A DNA stretch of 60,794 bases from Bacteroidota bacterium (GTDB taxonomy: Bacteria > Bacteroidota > Bacteroidia > NS11-12g > UBA955), in assembly GCA_046047755.1 (NCBI GenBank), contig JBJOHK010000114.1, positions 1 through 60,794 of the forward strand. Direction: 5' to 3'. The notes below the pieces were generated by a model that saw only the letters and a program-made list of their open reading frames with translations, was not told the origin of the DNA and searched no databases. Of this stretch, positions 36,474 through 46,370 are shown in pieces. How positions within the stretch are numbered: the first letter of the stretch is position 1; the number at the start of each line of letters is the position of its first letter. Position numbers and translations under genes: made by a program.

Positions 36474-39400
36474 ATGAATTTTAAAGAATTCAAGCCCACT
36501 AGCTGGTCCATAGACAACAAAACCAGCATTTATATCCTGTCCCTGTTCATCAGTGTGGCCGGTATATTTTCCTACATCAAGATTCCAAAGGAGCGTTTTC
36601 CCGACATTGTCATTCCGACAATTTACGTTCAAACGATATATCCGGGTTCGTCTCCCAAAGACATCGAGAACTTGATCACCAAGCCCATTGAGAAAAAAAT
36701 CAAGAGCATCAGTGGTGTCAAACAATTGAAAAGCCAAAGCATACAGGACTTTTCTATCATAACGGTAGAATTTGACACCGATGTTGCCGTGGCAGAAGCC
36801 AAACAAAAGGTCAAAGATGAGGTCGATAAGGCTAAGAGTGATCTGCCCAATGACCTCCCCTCTGATCCCACCGTACAAGAAGTCAATTTCTCAGACATTC
36901 CCATCTTGTACATCAACATCAGCGGCAATTACGATTTGCAAACCCTGAAGCGCTATGCCGAAATGGCAAAAGATAAGATTGAATCCTTGCCAGCCATTTC
37001 AAAGGTAGACATGGTGGGTGCGCTAGATCGCGAAATACAGGTCAACCTAGATTTGGCGAAAATGACGGCAGCCGGATTTACCATCGATGATGTTTCCCGC
37101 GCCATTCAAATGGAGAATCGTCGCATTTCTGGTGGCAACATTGATTTAGACAACATGAAACGCTCCTTAAGCGTAAGTGGGGAGTTTGAATCGGCCGACG
37201 AAATCGCTCAAATGTCTGTTCGCAGCAACACGGGAGCAACCTTGCGCTTGGGAGATTTTGCTGAAGTCGTAGACGGGTTTAAGGAAAAAGAAAGTTATGC
37301 TCGCTTGATGGGCAAGAATGTAATCACTTTGAACATTGTCAAACGAGCCGGTGAGAATTTGATTCAAGCCAGCGATGATTGCCGTGAATTGATTGCCGAA
37401 TTGCAAGCCGGACCCTATCCCAAAGATTTGGATATAGTCTTCACCGGTGACCAGAGCACTCAAACACGCATTACTGTGCACGACTTGATCAACACCATCA
37501 TCATTGGTTTCATTCTAGTAACCTTGATCTTGATGTTTTTCATGGGAGCTACAAATGCGATTTTTGTGGGTCTATCTGTTCCCTTGTCTTGCTTTATCGC
37601 CTTTTTGGTATTGCCAAGCTTAGGATTCTCTTTGAACTTCATTGTACTCTTCTCCTTCCTATTGGCACTCGGCATTGTGGTTGATGACGCCATTGTTGTC
37701 ATCGAGAACACGCACCGAATTTTCATGAAGGAAGATTTGAGCATTGTAGACGCGGCAAAAAAGGCAGCAGGTGAAGTGTTTATGCCCGTGTTCAGCGGAA
37801 CGTTAACCACCCTGGCTCCTTTCGTTCCTCTGGCATTCTGGAGTGGCGTTGTGGGTAAATTCATGTTCTTTCTACCTGTAACCTTAATCATCACCTTGCT
37901 GGCATCTCTGTTGGTGGCTTACATCATCAACCCTGTATTTGCCGTTGATTTCATGAAGCGTGACGATGAGCGACCCGCAGTAGGCAGCCCTGAAGCGAAA
38001 AAAGCCGTTCGCAAGGCCAGCATCATCATGGGTATCTTGTCTGTCTTTGGCTACGCCCTCGGCGGATTAGGACTCGGAAACCTATTTGTATTCCTTTACC
38101 TTTTGTACTTGTTGCATCACTTCTGGCTCAAAGCCTTTATTGATCGTTTCCAACACGTTCACTGGCCCCGTGTACAGAATTATTACAGCCGAGTAGTTTC
38201 ATGGATTTTGACAGGCAAGCGTCCCATCACTGTACTAGTGGCAACCTTTTTGATGTTGATACTCAGCTTTGTGGCCTTGGGTATTCGCAAACCATCCGTG
38301 GTTTTCTTCCCTCAAGCAGACCCGAATTTTACCTATGTGTATTTGACCATGCCTACGGGAACCTCAGCAGCCGCTACTGACAGCGTAACTCGCTTGGCTG
38401 AAGAACGCGTTTTTAGAGCTGTTGGAGAAAATAACACCTTGGTAGAGTCGATCATCTCTAACGTGGCTGTAGGAGCTTCTGACCCCAATAGTGGCGACAG
38501 AACGGTAGCTTCAAACAAAAGCAAAATCACAGTTGCCTTCGTGGAATTTTCCAAGCGCAATGGGCAAAGTACTCGGGAGTTATTGGAAAAGATTCGCACA
38601 GAACTGGGAGCATTTCCCGGTGTGGAAATGATTGTAGAACAAGAACGAAATGGCCCTCCTGTGGGTAAAGCGGTAAACGTTGAAATTCGCGGTGACGAAT
38701 TCCAAAGCCTCGTTCAAACAGCATCAGCCCTGAAATTGCACATTGAATCGCAGAAAATTCCAGGAATAGAAGAATTGAAGAGTGATTTTGTTGCGTCTAA
38801 ACCTGAAGTAATCATTGACATTGATCGTGAAAAAGCGAATCGAATGGGCATTTCAACCTCACAGGTAGGAGGAGCACTTAGGAATAGCATTTATGGAGCT
38901 GAGCCTAGCAAATTCAAAGACGACAACGAAGACTACCCCATCATGGTTCGTTTGGAGGAAAAGACCGTCAATGACCTAAACGCATTGTTGAACATGCGTA
39001 TCTCTTACCGAGACATGGTTATGGGTGGTAAAATCAGAGAAATTCCTTTGAGTGCCATTGCTACGGCTCGTTACACCAATAGCTATGGTGGAATCAACCG
39101 CTTGAACCAAAAACGAGTAATCACCTTAGCATCCAATGTGTTGCCCGGCTACGCCCCAAACGAGGTAGTGGCTCAGGTTCAGAAAGCCATCGATCGCTTT
39201 GAAAAACCCGAAGGCTTAGCCATTGAGATGACAGGTGAACAAGAAAAGCAAAAGGAAACTGGGGCTTTCTTGGGAACAGCTCTAATGACCAGCATTGCCT
39301 TGATCATTATCATCCTGGTTACCCAATTCAACTCCATTTCAAAGCCACTTATCATCTTGTCTGAGATTCTATTCTCTGTCATTGGTGTATTGCTGGGTTA

Positions 39401-39830
39401 TGCCATCACCGGTATGTCCTTCTCAATCATCATGACCGGTATCGGCATTGTGGCCTTGGCGGGTATTGTGGTTCGAAACGGAATTCTAATGGTGGAATTT
39501 GCCGACCAACTTATCTCAGAAGGCATGCCCTTGCGAGAAGCCTTGATTGAAGCCGGAAGAGCGCGAATGACTCCTGTGCTCCTTACGGCTGCTACCACTT
39601 CATTGGGATTGATTCCCTTAGCGGTAGGTCTCAACATGGATTTTGTCACCCTCTTTACTTATGGAAATCCCCATTTGTACTTCGGCGGTGATAGCGTGGC
39701 CTTTTGGGGCCCCTTGAGTTGGACCATGATTTTTGGGCTATCATTTGCCACATTCTTAACCCTAGTACTGGTTCCCGCTCTGTATTACTTAAACGAAAAA
39801 GCCCAAGCTCGTTTCAAGCGCTTGTTCTAA
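36474..39830 (+). CDS. Efflux RND transporter permease (AcrB/HAE family)
   Basis: The protein is 1118 aa with 12-TM architecture and carries the GIVVDDAIVVIEN and GIVVRNGILMVEF motifs. Confidence 0.9.
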   Translation: MNFKEFKPTSWSIDNKTSIYILSLFISVAGIFSYIKIPKERFPDIVIPTIYVQTIYPGSSPKDIENLITKPIEKKIKSISGVKQLKSQSIQDFSIITVEFDTDVAVAEAKQKVKDEVDKAKSDLPNDLPSDPTVQEVNFSDIPILYINISGNYDLQTLKRYAEMAKDKIESLPAISKVDMVGALDREIQVNLDLAKMTAAGFTIDDVSRAIQMENRRISGGNIDLDNMKRSLSVSGEFESADEIAQMSVRSNTGATLRLGDFAEVVDGFKEKESYARLMGKNVITLNIVKRAGENLIQASDDCRELIAELQAGPYPKDLDIVFTGDQSTQTRITVHDLINTIIIGFILVTLILMFFMGATNAIFVGLSVPLSCFIAFLVLPSLGFSLNFIVLFSFLLALGIVVDDAIVVIENTHRIFMKEDLSIVDAAKKAAGEVFMPVFSGTLTTLAPFVPLAFWSGVVGKFMFFLPVTLIITLLASLLVAYIINPVFAVDFMKRDDERPAVGSPEAKKAVRKASIIMGILSVFGYALGGLGLGNLFVFLYLLYLLHHFWLKAFIDRFQHVHWPRVQNYYSRVVSWILTGKRPITVLVATFLMLILSFVALGIRKPSVVFFPQADPNFTYVYLTMPTGTSAAATDSVTRLAEERVFRAVGENNTLVESIISNVAVGASDPNSGDRTVASNKSKITVAFVEFSKRNGQSTRELLEKIRTELGAFPGVEMIVEQERNGPPVGKAVNVEIRGDEFQSLVQTASALKLHIESQKIPGIEELKSDFVASKPEVIIDIDREKANRMGISTSQVGGALRNSIYGAEPSKFKDDNEDYPIMVRLEEKTVNDLNALLNMRISYRDMVMGGKIREIPLSAIATARYTNSYGGINRLNQKRVITLASNVLPGYAPNEVVAQVQKAIDRFEKPEGLAIEMTGEQEKQKETGAFLGTALMTSIALIIIILVTQFNSISKPLIILSEILFSVIGVLLGYAITGMSFSIIMTGIGIVALAGIVVRNGILMVEFADQLISEGMPLREALIEAGRARMTPVLLTAATTSLGLIPLAVGLNMDFVTLFTYGNPHLYFGGDSVAFWGPLSWTMIFGLSFATFLTLVLVPALYYLNEKAQARFKRLF

Positions 39831-39846
39831 GCCAAATAAGCTTATA

Positions 39847-39881
39847 AAAAAGCCGAGGCGCATTGCGCCGCGGCTTTTTTA
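39847..39881 (+). terminator. Rho-independent terminator after the RND operon
   Basis: The structure is AAAAAA-AGCCGAGGCGC-att-GCGCCGCGGCT-TTTTT, with one mismatch in the stem. Confidence 0.7.
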
Positions 39882-40145
39882 TGCTTTCTATGGATCAAAT
39901 CTCTGGGTCTTTGGTTTGTCTATCTGAATGAGCTCAGAGAGGCATGAATTGGGTAGGCCATTCATTGGATTTCATTCCCGATGGTAATGGAAATAAGATG
40001 ATCTATTTATGGCAGTTTTAAGTCTTGAGGGTGTCGAGCTCGTATAACCCTTCCACTCTACTCAGGGAGGTTTCACATGCACTAACGGATACCGAATAGA
40101 GATGATGGAATCACATCAAGACGAAAGAGCTAGGCCATTTACCAT

Positions 40146-40176
40146 AAAAAAAGCCGCCCATAGAGAGCGGCTTTTC
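40146..40176 (-). terminator. Rho-independent terminator after the minus-strand gene ending at 40195
   Basis: The minus strand reads AAGCCGC-tctctatgg-GCGGCTT followed by TTTTTTT. On the plus strand the same hairpin is followed by TTTT, so it may act in both directions. Confidence 0.65.
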
Positions 40177-40194
40177 CATTTTCGCACAGAGCGA

Positions 40195-41139
40195 TTAATT
40201 CAGTTCAAAGGTGTTCTTTTGGCGCAACAATCCGCGAGTCCACAACTCACAAGTGTATTTACCCTTGGTCAAACGACCTTCCAAAGTGCCTTTTTGAGGG
40301 AAATACCACTTAACTTTTTGCAAAGCTCCGTCAAATTGAATGGTCTCATTCAATGAAACAACAGTGCTCTTATCCTGCAATGACTTATTGGTTGTTGATA
40401 ATACAGCTCCATTGGGGTCAATGATGCGAATGACGATTTGTTCTTCTACTACAGAGGTTACCAATGGGTTCTCCAAAATGTCAAAGGTGATCATCAATTT
40501 CTCCAAACTCTTAGCTGAAGTGGAAGGTTCACGTTGACCTTTTTTCTGCATCAAACCAGTGGTGAAAAGAGCTCCAAATTGAGGACGAGCCCCTCTTTCC
40601 AAACGATCTTTTAAGTCAAAATTCTCAGCCGTTAGCATTTGATTGCTTTCTCGTGCAGAATCAAGTTCAGCCACCATAATGGCTCGCTCATTTGACATTT
40701 GTTCAATTTGAGCCATCAACTCAGCTACACGCTTTTTAGCTTCTTCTAACTGTCTGCGCAAATCTTCCAAATTCCCAGGCTTACCGGGCTTGCCTGGTTT
40801 ACCCATGCTGTTTGTTGAAGTATTACCCCCTGCCAATTGACGGCGCAAACGGTAAATTTCTTTGTAGGCTTGAATGACCCGAGGGTTGTTATCCCCTTCC
40901 AACATCTCAACCTTAGAAATCAAGGTCGCATTTTCATTTTGATAATTCTGAACCAAGGCGTTTAACGAATCTTCCACACGCAGCAATTCTTGTTCAATAG
41001 AATCACGTTGACGACGCATCTCGATTTCGTTTTCCATGGCAATTTGCCCCTTGCTTTTTTCTGAAAACAAGAATGCATTGGCTCCCAAAGAAAGGAGAAG
41101 CAATACAATCAAAAGGGCGGTTACGGCGGTTTTCTTCAT
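40195..41139 (-). CDS. Hypothetical membrane-anchored coiled-coil protein with C-terminal beta-rich domain
   Basis: The ATG at 41139 gives MKKTAVTALLIVLLLLSLGANAF, a signal or anchor. About 170 aa of heptad-like sequence is interrupted by GKPGKPGKPG. The last ~120 aa are beta-rich (IVIRIIDPNGAVL...KGKYTCELW). The track start 41163 is TTG. Confidence 0.6.
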   Translation of the reverse strand: MKKTAVTALLIVLLLLSLGANAFLFSEKSKGQIAMENEIEMRRQRDSIEQELLRVEDSLNALVQNYQNENATLISKVEMLEGDNNPRVIQAYKEIYRLRRQLAGGNTSTNSMGKPGKPGKPGNLEDLRRQLEEAKKRVAELMAQIEQMSNERAIMVAELDSARESNQMLTAENFDLKDRLERGARPQFGALFTTGLMQKKGQREPSTSAKSLEKLMITFDILENPLVTSVVEEQIVIRIIDPNGAVLSTTNKSLQDKSTVVSLNETIQFDGALQKVKWYFPQKGTLEGRLTKGKYTCELWTRGLLRQKNTFELN

Positions 41140-41235
41140 TGTTACCTTCGGTATATTATACAATATTAACCCTCAAAAAACACCCAAGAAAACCAATGAG
41201 TAAAAATGGGTCATAATCTGACCAAAAAAGGGTTT

Positions 41236-42621
41236 TCAACGAGTCAATAACCCCGTTAAAACCTGAAGATTAGCGTCGGCATCCACAATTCGTCCACAAG
41301 CGTCAATTTTCAGCACTTGAGGCAGAGATTGCCACTTCATTTTTCGAGCAGCGCGATTGTCCATCACCAGCTGATCAAAAGAAAATCCGAATCGACGATT
41401 CAATGTTTGAACATACCTAGTATTACCACCTTGGGCAAGCATCATGATTCGAATGTTCAAAATCGACTGCGGGTCTCGAAACCACTTTCTAATTTCTCTC
41501 AAAGGAGGATCTTCCCCATCGTGTTCATGCCTATAGCCTATTGTCAAATCTCGCCAGGCGCTGAATTGTTTTTTAGCGAAGTTGGCCAATATTACAGAAT
41601 CAGAGGTATTTAAACCCATGTCTGGCTGCCAGGCATACACCCACAATTGCTGTTTCCGATAAACTCTCCAATTTCTGTGAAGGCCCATCTTTTGCGGAGA
41701 ATACAACCCAGCATCCACCAATTGGTAGCGAACTCTAGGTAATTTTTTTCCTTGAATCAACGGGTGATCCCCATCTTCCTCCACCTTTACGCAAACCTGA
41801 GAACCCGATATAGACAATTCCCATGGCCTTCCCCTCCACACCGTACTTACGGTAGCAGTTCGAGCGTTCCAAGCTATAGCATTTTCATCATCAAAATACG
41901 ATGAATCCATTGATATCAAAACCTTGTCTATACCCTTGTCTCCATATTGACCATTGAAATTTTGATCAATGACGGCCATATAGACCTGTTTGCTCGAATC
42001 AACTTCGTAGGTACCCCATCGCAAATTCAAGCGCTGGTATCGGAAGGCTGAAGCCGATCCCATATACACTCGTGGACCACTCAAAGAATGCACAGATGCA
42101 TCATGCATTTGGGCAAAGGCTGAAAAACGAGTTACAGGAAAGGGTTCCATCAAAACGCTAAGTCCAGGACCCAATTTCAATTTCCAAGGAGTAAACAGAT
42201 TCCAAAGGGTATCTCCTTTTACCTGTTCAAAATCAAGATTGCCGATAGAATCTACCCAATACACTCTTATCATTCGCCCCTGGTACAGTTGCTCCTGAAC
42301 CAAAACCAAGGAATGGTCTTCTATGGGCCCACTGCTTTCTCGACGATTATAAACCCAGAAATAGGAATTTCTATTCAGTTCCGTATTCCAATTCAAAGGG
42401 CGAACAAAGGCAAACTGCCTAGGAATATCAGCCGTACTAGCGGAAGCTAAATCCAAAGGCTCGTGAATGGAATCGCCCAGTAGAGCGAAACGGTTAATGG
42501 GCTGCATGGAACGCAGCTCACTCTGCGAAATCCCAACATGAGATAATTCTACGCATACGGGAGACTGAGCGTTAGTGGCTAAGGCCCAGTACCAAACCAA
42601 CAGTGCCAGTAGCCTTTTCAA
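41236..42621 (-). CDS. Hypothetical secreted protein with a degenerate thioredoxin-fold-like C-terminus
   Basis: It uses a TTG start followed by the signal peptide KRLLALLVWYWALATNAQ. The protein is 461 aa. The C-terminal ~170 aa resemble the TlpA/AhpC fold layout but have WQPDMG where WCxxC would be expected. Confidence 0.6.
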   Translation of the reverse strand: MKRLLALLVWYWALATNAQSPVCVELSHVGISQSELRSMQPINRFALLGDSIHEPLDLASASTADIPRQFAFVRPLNWNTELNRNSYFWVYNRRESSGPIEDHSLVLVQEQLYQGRMIRVYWVDSIGNLDFEQVKGDTLWNLFTPWKLKLGPGLSVLMEPFPVTRFSAFAQMHDASVHSLSGPRVYMGSASAFRYQRLNLRWGTYEVDSSKQVYMAVIDQNFNGQYGDKGIDKVLISMDSSYFDDENAIAWNARTATVSTVWRGRPWELSISGSQVCVKVEEDGDHPLIQGKKLPRVRYQLVDAGLYSPQKMGLHRNWRVYRKQQLWVYAWQPDMGLNTSDSVILANFAKKQFSAWRDLTIGYRHEHDGEDPPLREIRKWFRDPQSILNIRIMMLAQGGNTRYVQTLNRRFGFSFDQLVMDNRAARKMKWQSLPQVLKIDACGRIVDADANLQVLTGLLTR

Positions 42622-42624
42622 GTC

Positions 42625-42780
42625 TTATTTGAATACGAAGCGCACCAAAATAACAAGCAAAGCAATGGCAAACATGAGCAGGCTCACACGATTCATGCCG
42701 TGCATGAGCCTTGTGTTCAAATTGCGTTCCCCTTCTTGCTTTTGGAAGGTTACGTACGACCAGATTTTCTTGAAGATCAT
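42625..42780 (-). CDS. Possible 51-aa small membrane protein (below the ORF-track length cutoff)
   Basis: My own translation is MIFKKIWSYVTFQKQEGERNLNTRLMHGMNRVSLLMFAIALLVILVRFVFK*. It contains one clear hydrophobic helix. It starts 15 nt after the lon stop and ends 3 nt before the next gene's start. Confidence 0.35.
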   Translation of the reverse strand: MIFKKIWSYVTFQKQEGERNLNTRLMHGMNRVSLLMFAIALLVILVRFVFK

Positions 42781-42795
42781 AACCAAATATACAGT

Positions 42796-45291
42796 TTATT
42801 TCGAGCCTTTCTCGCTGGAAACCACCAATTGAACGGGGTTTGCCACCGGTTGTTCTGTTAAGGCTAAATCCAAGACCTGCAGCATGTTGCTTACATAACT
42901 AAACTCCATTCCTTTTATATACTCCTGTGGTATATCCAAAATGTCTTTTCGGTTTTGCTCGCATAAAATCACCTCATGAATGCCTGCGCGCTTGGCGGCT
43001 AGTACTTTTTCCTTGATTCCACCCACCGGAAGAACCTTTCCTCTCAGGGTAATTTCACCCGTCATGGCCAGGCGATTTTTCACCCGTCTTTGGGTCATCA
43101 GGGAAGCCAATGATGTCAAGACCGTTACACCGGCTGAAGGGCCGTCTTTAGGAATCGCACCGGCAGGAAAGTGCACATGAATATCGTAAGAATCAAAAAG
43201 TTCGGCATCAAGGCCAATGTAATCGGCATGAGCTCTTAAGAAACTAGCTGCAAGGTGAACAGACTCTTTCATTACATCACCCAATTGGCCGGTAATCTGC
43301 AACCTGCCCTTCCCTTTCGACAAGGCACTTTCAACAAATAGCACGGAACCACCCATGGGTGACCAAGCCAATCCAGTGACTACACCCGCGGTCTCATTAT
43401 TCTCGTAGTGTTCAGGGTCTAATTTCTCGGCTCCCAATACGGACTCAACTTCTTCTACTTTGAATGTTGGATTATAAGCAGTCTCAGAGGCAACATGCTG
43501 CGCAGCAGAACGCGCTAGAGCCGCTATTTTCTTATCCAATCCGCGAACCCCTGACTCTCGAGTGTACTGCTCAATTAGCACCTCTAAGGCTTTTTCGGTA
43601 ACCTTGAAATCTTTCACTTTCAATCCATGAGCTTTTCGCTGCTTAGGAACCAGGTATTTCTTGGCAATTTCTTTCTTTTCCTCAATGCTGTATCCGCTGA
43701 TATCGATAATTTCCATGCGGTCCAACAATGCAGGTTGAATATTATCCAATGAATTGGCGGTAGCCACGAACAAAACCTTGCTCAGGTCATAATCCATCTC
43801 CAAGTAATTATCGTAAAATGTGGCATTTTGCTCAGGATCCAACACTTCTAACAAGGCACTAGATGGGTCCCCCCTAAAATCGCGGCCCAACTTGTCGATT
43901 TCATCCAATACAAAAACGGGATTGCTACTGCCTACCTTCTTCAAATTTTGAATGATTCGGCCCGGCATTGCACCAATATAGGTTTTGCGATGGCCCCTGA
44001 TTTCAGATTCGTCATGCAAACCTCCCAATGACATCCTCACGTATTGTCGACCCAAGGCTCTGGCAATTGATTTACCCAAGCTGGTCTTACCCACACCTGG
44101 AGGGCCATACAAACAAATGATTGGGCTTTTCATGTCGCCCTTTAGCTTCAAGACAGCCAAATATTCGAGAATGCGTCGCTTGACTTTTTCCAAGCCAAAA
44201 TGATCCTCATCAAATACCTTGCGTGCATGACCCAAATCAAAGTTGTCCTGGGTCACTTCATTCCAAGGGAGATCCAACAATAATTGGACGTAATTAAGAC
44301 CTACCGAATAGTCGGGTGATGCAGGATTGATGCGCATCAAGCGATCTAGTTCTTTGTTGAAATGCTCGTGAACCGATTTGCTCCAAGCTTTGGCATCCCC
44401 TTTTTCACGGAGATTGTCAATTTCTTTATCGGGAGTATCACCGCCCAATTCTTCTTGGATGGCTCTGATTTGTTGCTGCAAGAAATATTCTTTTTGCTGC
44501 TTGTCAATGTCGGTTCTGACCTTGTTCTGAATTTGATCCTTGAGCTCCAACATTTGCAGCTCCTTCAAAACATATTCCAACACCTTTGAAGCCCTCTTTG
44601 TGGGATTCAATTCTTCCAAAAGGGCTTGTTTTTCATGAAGCTCTATGTTCAAATTGCTCGCCACAAAATGGATCAAGAATCGATTGGAGTCAATGTTTTT
44701 AAGGGCAATCACCGCTTCACTTGGAATATTGGGTGACAAGGCAATGATTCGCTGACTCACATCTTTAATGCTATCAATGATGGCTTGATACTCCTTGTCT
44801 TCCGAGAAAGCTTCGTCATCCAGATGGGCGGTATGAGCCTTCAAATAGGGGTCTTCTTGGGTATACTCCCCTATGGATATTCTTCTTTTGCCCTGAATGA
44901 TGACGGTAGAACTGCCATCAGGCATGCGCATCAAACGAACAATTTGAGCCAATGTTCCAATGGGATACAAATCGGCTGGCCCAGGATCTTCCATATCGGG
45001 ATGACGCTGTGCCACCACAGCAATAGTCTTATCGGCCTTATTGGCCTCTTTGATCAAGCGAATGCTCTTGTCACGGCCCACAGTTATGGGAAATATCACT
45101 CCTGGAAATAGGACCGTGTTTCGAATGGTCAATACTGGCAATTCACTTGGCACCGACATGCGGTTGCTCTCTTCTTCTTCTTGCTTGGAAAATAATGGGA
45201 GAAACTCCGGACTATCGTCCATTTGATCGTGATTCAATTGCCAGACAGATTCGTTAGGATCAAACATGAATCTTCCCTTTACAAGTGCCAT
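42796..45291 (-). CDS. lon: ATP-dependent Lon protease (endopeptidase La)
   Basis: It has the LON N-domain ([23 protein letters not shown]), Walker A ([15 protein letters not shown]) and the catalytic motif [10 protein letters not shown]. The length is 831 aa. Confidence 0.95.
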   Translation of the reverse strand: MALVKGRFMFDPNESVWQLNHDQMDDSPEFLPLFSKQEEEESNRMSVPSELPVLTIRNTVLFPGVIFPITVGRDKSIRLIKEANKADKTIAVVAQRHPDMEDPGPADLYPIGTLAQIVRLMRMPDGSSTVIIQGKRRISIGEYTQEDPYLKAHTAHLDDEAFSEDKEYQAIIDSIKDVSQRIIALSPNIPSEAVIALKNIDSNRFLIHFVASNLNIELHEKQALLEELNPTKRASKVLEYVLKELQMLELKDQIQNKVRTDIDKQQKEYFLQQQIRAIQEELGGDTPDKEIDNLREKGDAKAWSKSVHEHFNKELDRLMRINPASPDYSVGLNYVQLLLDLPWNEVTQDNFDLGHARKVFDEDHFGLEKVKRRILEYLAVLKLKGDMKSPIICLYGPPGVGKTSLGKSIARALGRQYVRMSLGGLHDESEIRGHRKTYIGAMPGRIIQNLKKVGSSNPVFVLDEIDKLGRDFRGDPSSALLEVLDPEQNATFYDNYLEMDYDLSKVLFVATANSLDNIQPALLDRMEIIDISGYSIEEKKEIAKKYLVPKQRKAHGLKVKDFKVTEKALEVLIEQYTRESGVRGLDKKIAALARSAAQHVASETAYNPTFKVEEVESVLGAEKLDPEHYENNETAGVVTGLAWSPMGGSVLFVESALSKGKGRLQITGQLGDVMKESVHLAASFLRAHADYIGLDAELFDSYDIHVHFPAGAIPKDGPSAGVTVLTSLASLMTQRRVKNRLAMTGEITLRGKVLPVGGIKEKVLAAKRAGIHEVILCEQNRKDILDIPQEYIKGMEFSYVSNMLQVLDLALTEQPVANPVQLVVSSEKGSK

Positions 45292-45427
45292 GCCAAGCCG
45301 CTTTATGGAGGCAGTTCCTTTTAATTATATGCCAATAACCGTTTCAGTATGACAGAATGGCGTATTTGCCGTTTGCAAAATCTGAACCCATCCCCGAGAT
45401 TTGTGAAAATCGTTTCGAAATAAAACT

Positions 45428-46282
45428 ATGAAATTCAAACACATTCTTTGGGCTTTGGCCGTACCAGCATTGGCCTTTTTGGCTTCTTGTGGAAAAGACA
45501 GCAAAGACCCTAAACCTACCCTCACCCTGAACAGTGGCGCCGGCTTGATTTCTACTGATTGCCAAGTTGGACCTGATTCTATGTTGGCCTTTAGCATTAC
45601 CACAACCGCTGGTTCTGAAAACTTGAAAGGTGTAACCATCACCGCTTCGGTCAACGGCGCTTCTGCTGTAGTAGCTTATGACACCATGCTATCTGGAAAG
45701 ACGGCTAGCTTTTTGGCTCAACGACAAGTGGCCGGCAACGTCGGTGATGAAATTGTTTACACCATAACAGCGGCTGATGCCAATGGCCAAACAGCCGAAA
45801 TCAAATTGAACATTGAGATTACGCCTGCTTTATTGCCCCTTGACAATTTGGTGCAAGGCCAAAAGGTTTACAATTATTTGTACAGCGGATTCACATCTGG
45901 CTATAACTTGAATTTGGGTGTGGCCTTGACCTCTGGAGCAGCAGGAACTTTAAAAGACATTTTGGACAAAACTCCAACTGGAGCAGCAGAGTTTACCTCA
46001 ACTTGGGGTAGCGGTAACGGTGCAAAATTTGTTCGCGTCACGGCAAACGACTACACCAATGCTAGCACCACAACCTTCTTGTACAATTTGTGGAAGAACA
46101 ATGCCGCTTCTGCCACGACTGAAATCAGCAACATCGTGAAGGGTGATGTCATATTGGTAAAAACAGGTCAGGATTTGACTTACAATGTCTACATCTTGAA
46201 AATTGAAAACGTTGTCATCAATACCGCCGCTGGTAACCACAACGACTACATTCAATTCGCCTACAAAGGCAAAGACAATTAA
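45428..46282 (+). CDS. Hypothetical lipoprotein
   Basis: MKFKHILWALAVPALAFLASCGKDS is a signal peptide plus lipobox. The body is T/A/G-rich and beta-like. The gene has its own terminator. Confidence 0.65.
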   Translation: MKFKHILWALAVPALAFLASCGKDSKDPKPTLTLNSGAGLISTDCQVGPDSMLAFSITTTAGSENLKGVTITASVNGASAVVAYDTMLSGKTASFLAQRQVAGNVGDEIVYTITAADANGQTAEIKLNIEITPALLPLDNLVQGQKVYNYLYSGFTSGYNLNLGVALTSGAAGTLKDILDKTPTGAAEFTSTWGSGNGAKFVRVTANDYTNASTTTFLYNLWKNNAASATTEISNIVKGDVILVKTGQDLTYNVYILKIENVVINTAAGNHNDYIQFAYKGKDN

Positions 46283-46303
46283 TACGCTATACGTGTAGAA
46301 ACG

Positions 46304-46333
46304 AAAAATCCCGCTTCGGCGGGATTTTTTGTT
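46304..46333 (+). terminator. Rho-independent terminator
   Basis: The hairpin is AAAAATCCCGC-ttcg-GCGGGATTTTT followed by a T-run. Confidence 0.75.
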
Positions 46334-46370
46334 TGGTCTCTACCCTTCTTTTGGTCCAAATTTGCACCCA

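Noticed and set aside
36393-36878. A 161-aa minus-strand ORF spans the MFP/RND gene junction.
   Set aside because: It is antisense to two well-supported efflux genes, shows no recognisable motifs, and crosses a gene boundary.
39961-40015. Short dyads in the spacer (AAATA-N8-TATTT, ATGAAT-N12-ATTCAT, palindrome TGAGCTCA) were considered as a dif/Xer site or a structured RNA core.
   Set aside because: The arms are only 5-8 bp with poor spacing for a 28-bp dif site. I cannot match them to any RNA family by eye. The spacer as a whole is kept as a low-confidence finding.
40102-40356. An 84-aa plus-strand ORF starts in the 39.9-40.1 kb spacer.
   Set aside because: It reads straight through the terminator hairpin at 40146-40176 and then runs antisense into the next gene. 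It is not credible as a gene.
41155-41160. A TATAAT-like hexamer on the minus strand lies 16 nt upstream of the coiled-coil gene's ATG.
   Set aside because: Bacteroidota primary sigma factors use TAnnTTTG rather than TATAAT, and no matching -35 is present. This is likely a chance occurrence in AT-rich sequence.
42575-42832. An 85-aa plus-strand ORF lies between lon and the 461-aa gene.
   Set aside because: It overlaps the ends of both flanking minus-strand genes in antisense. The minus-strand 51-aa membrane peptide explains the gap better.
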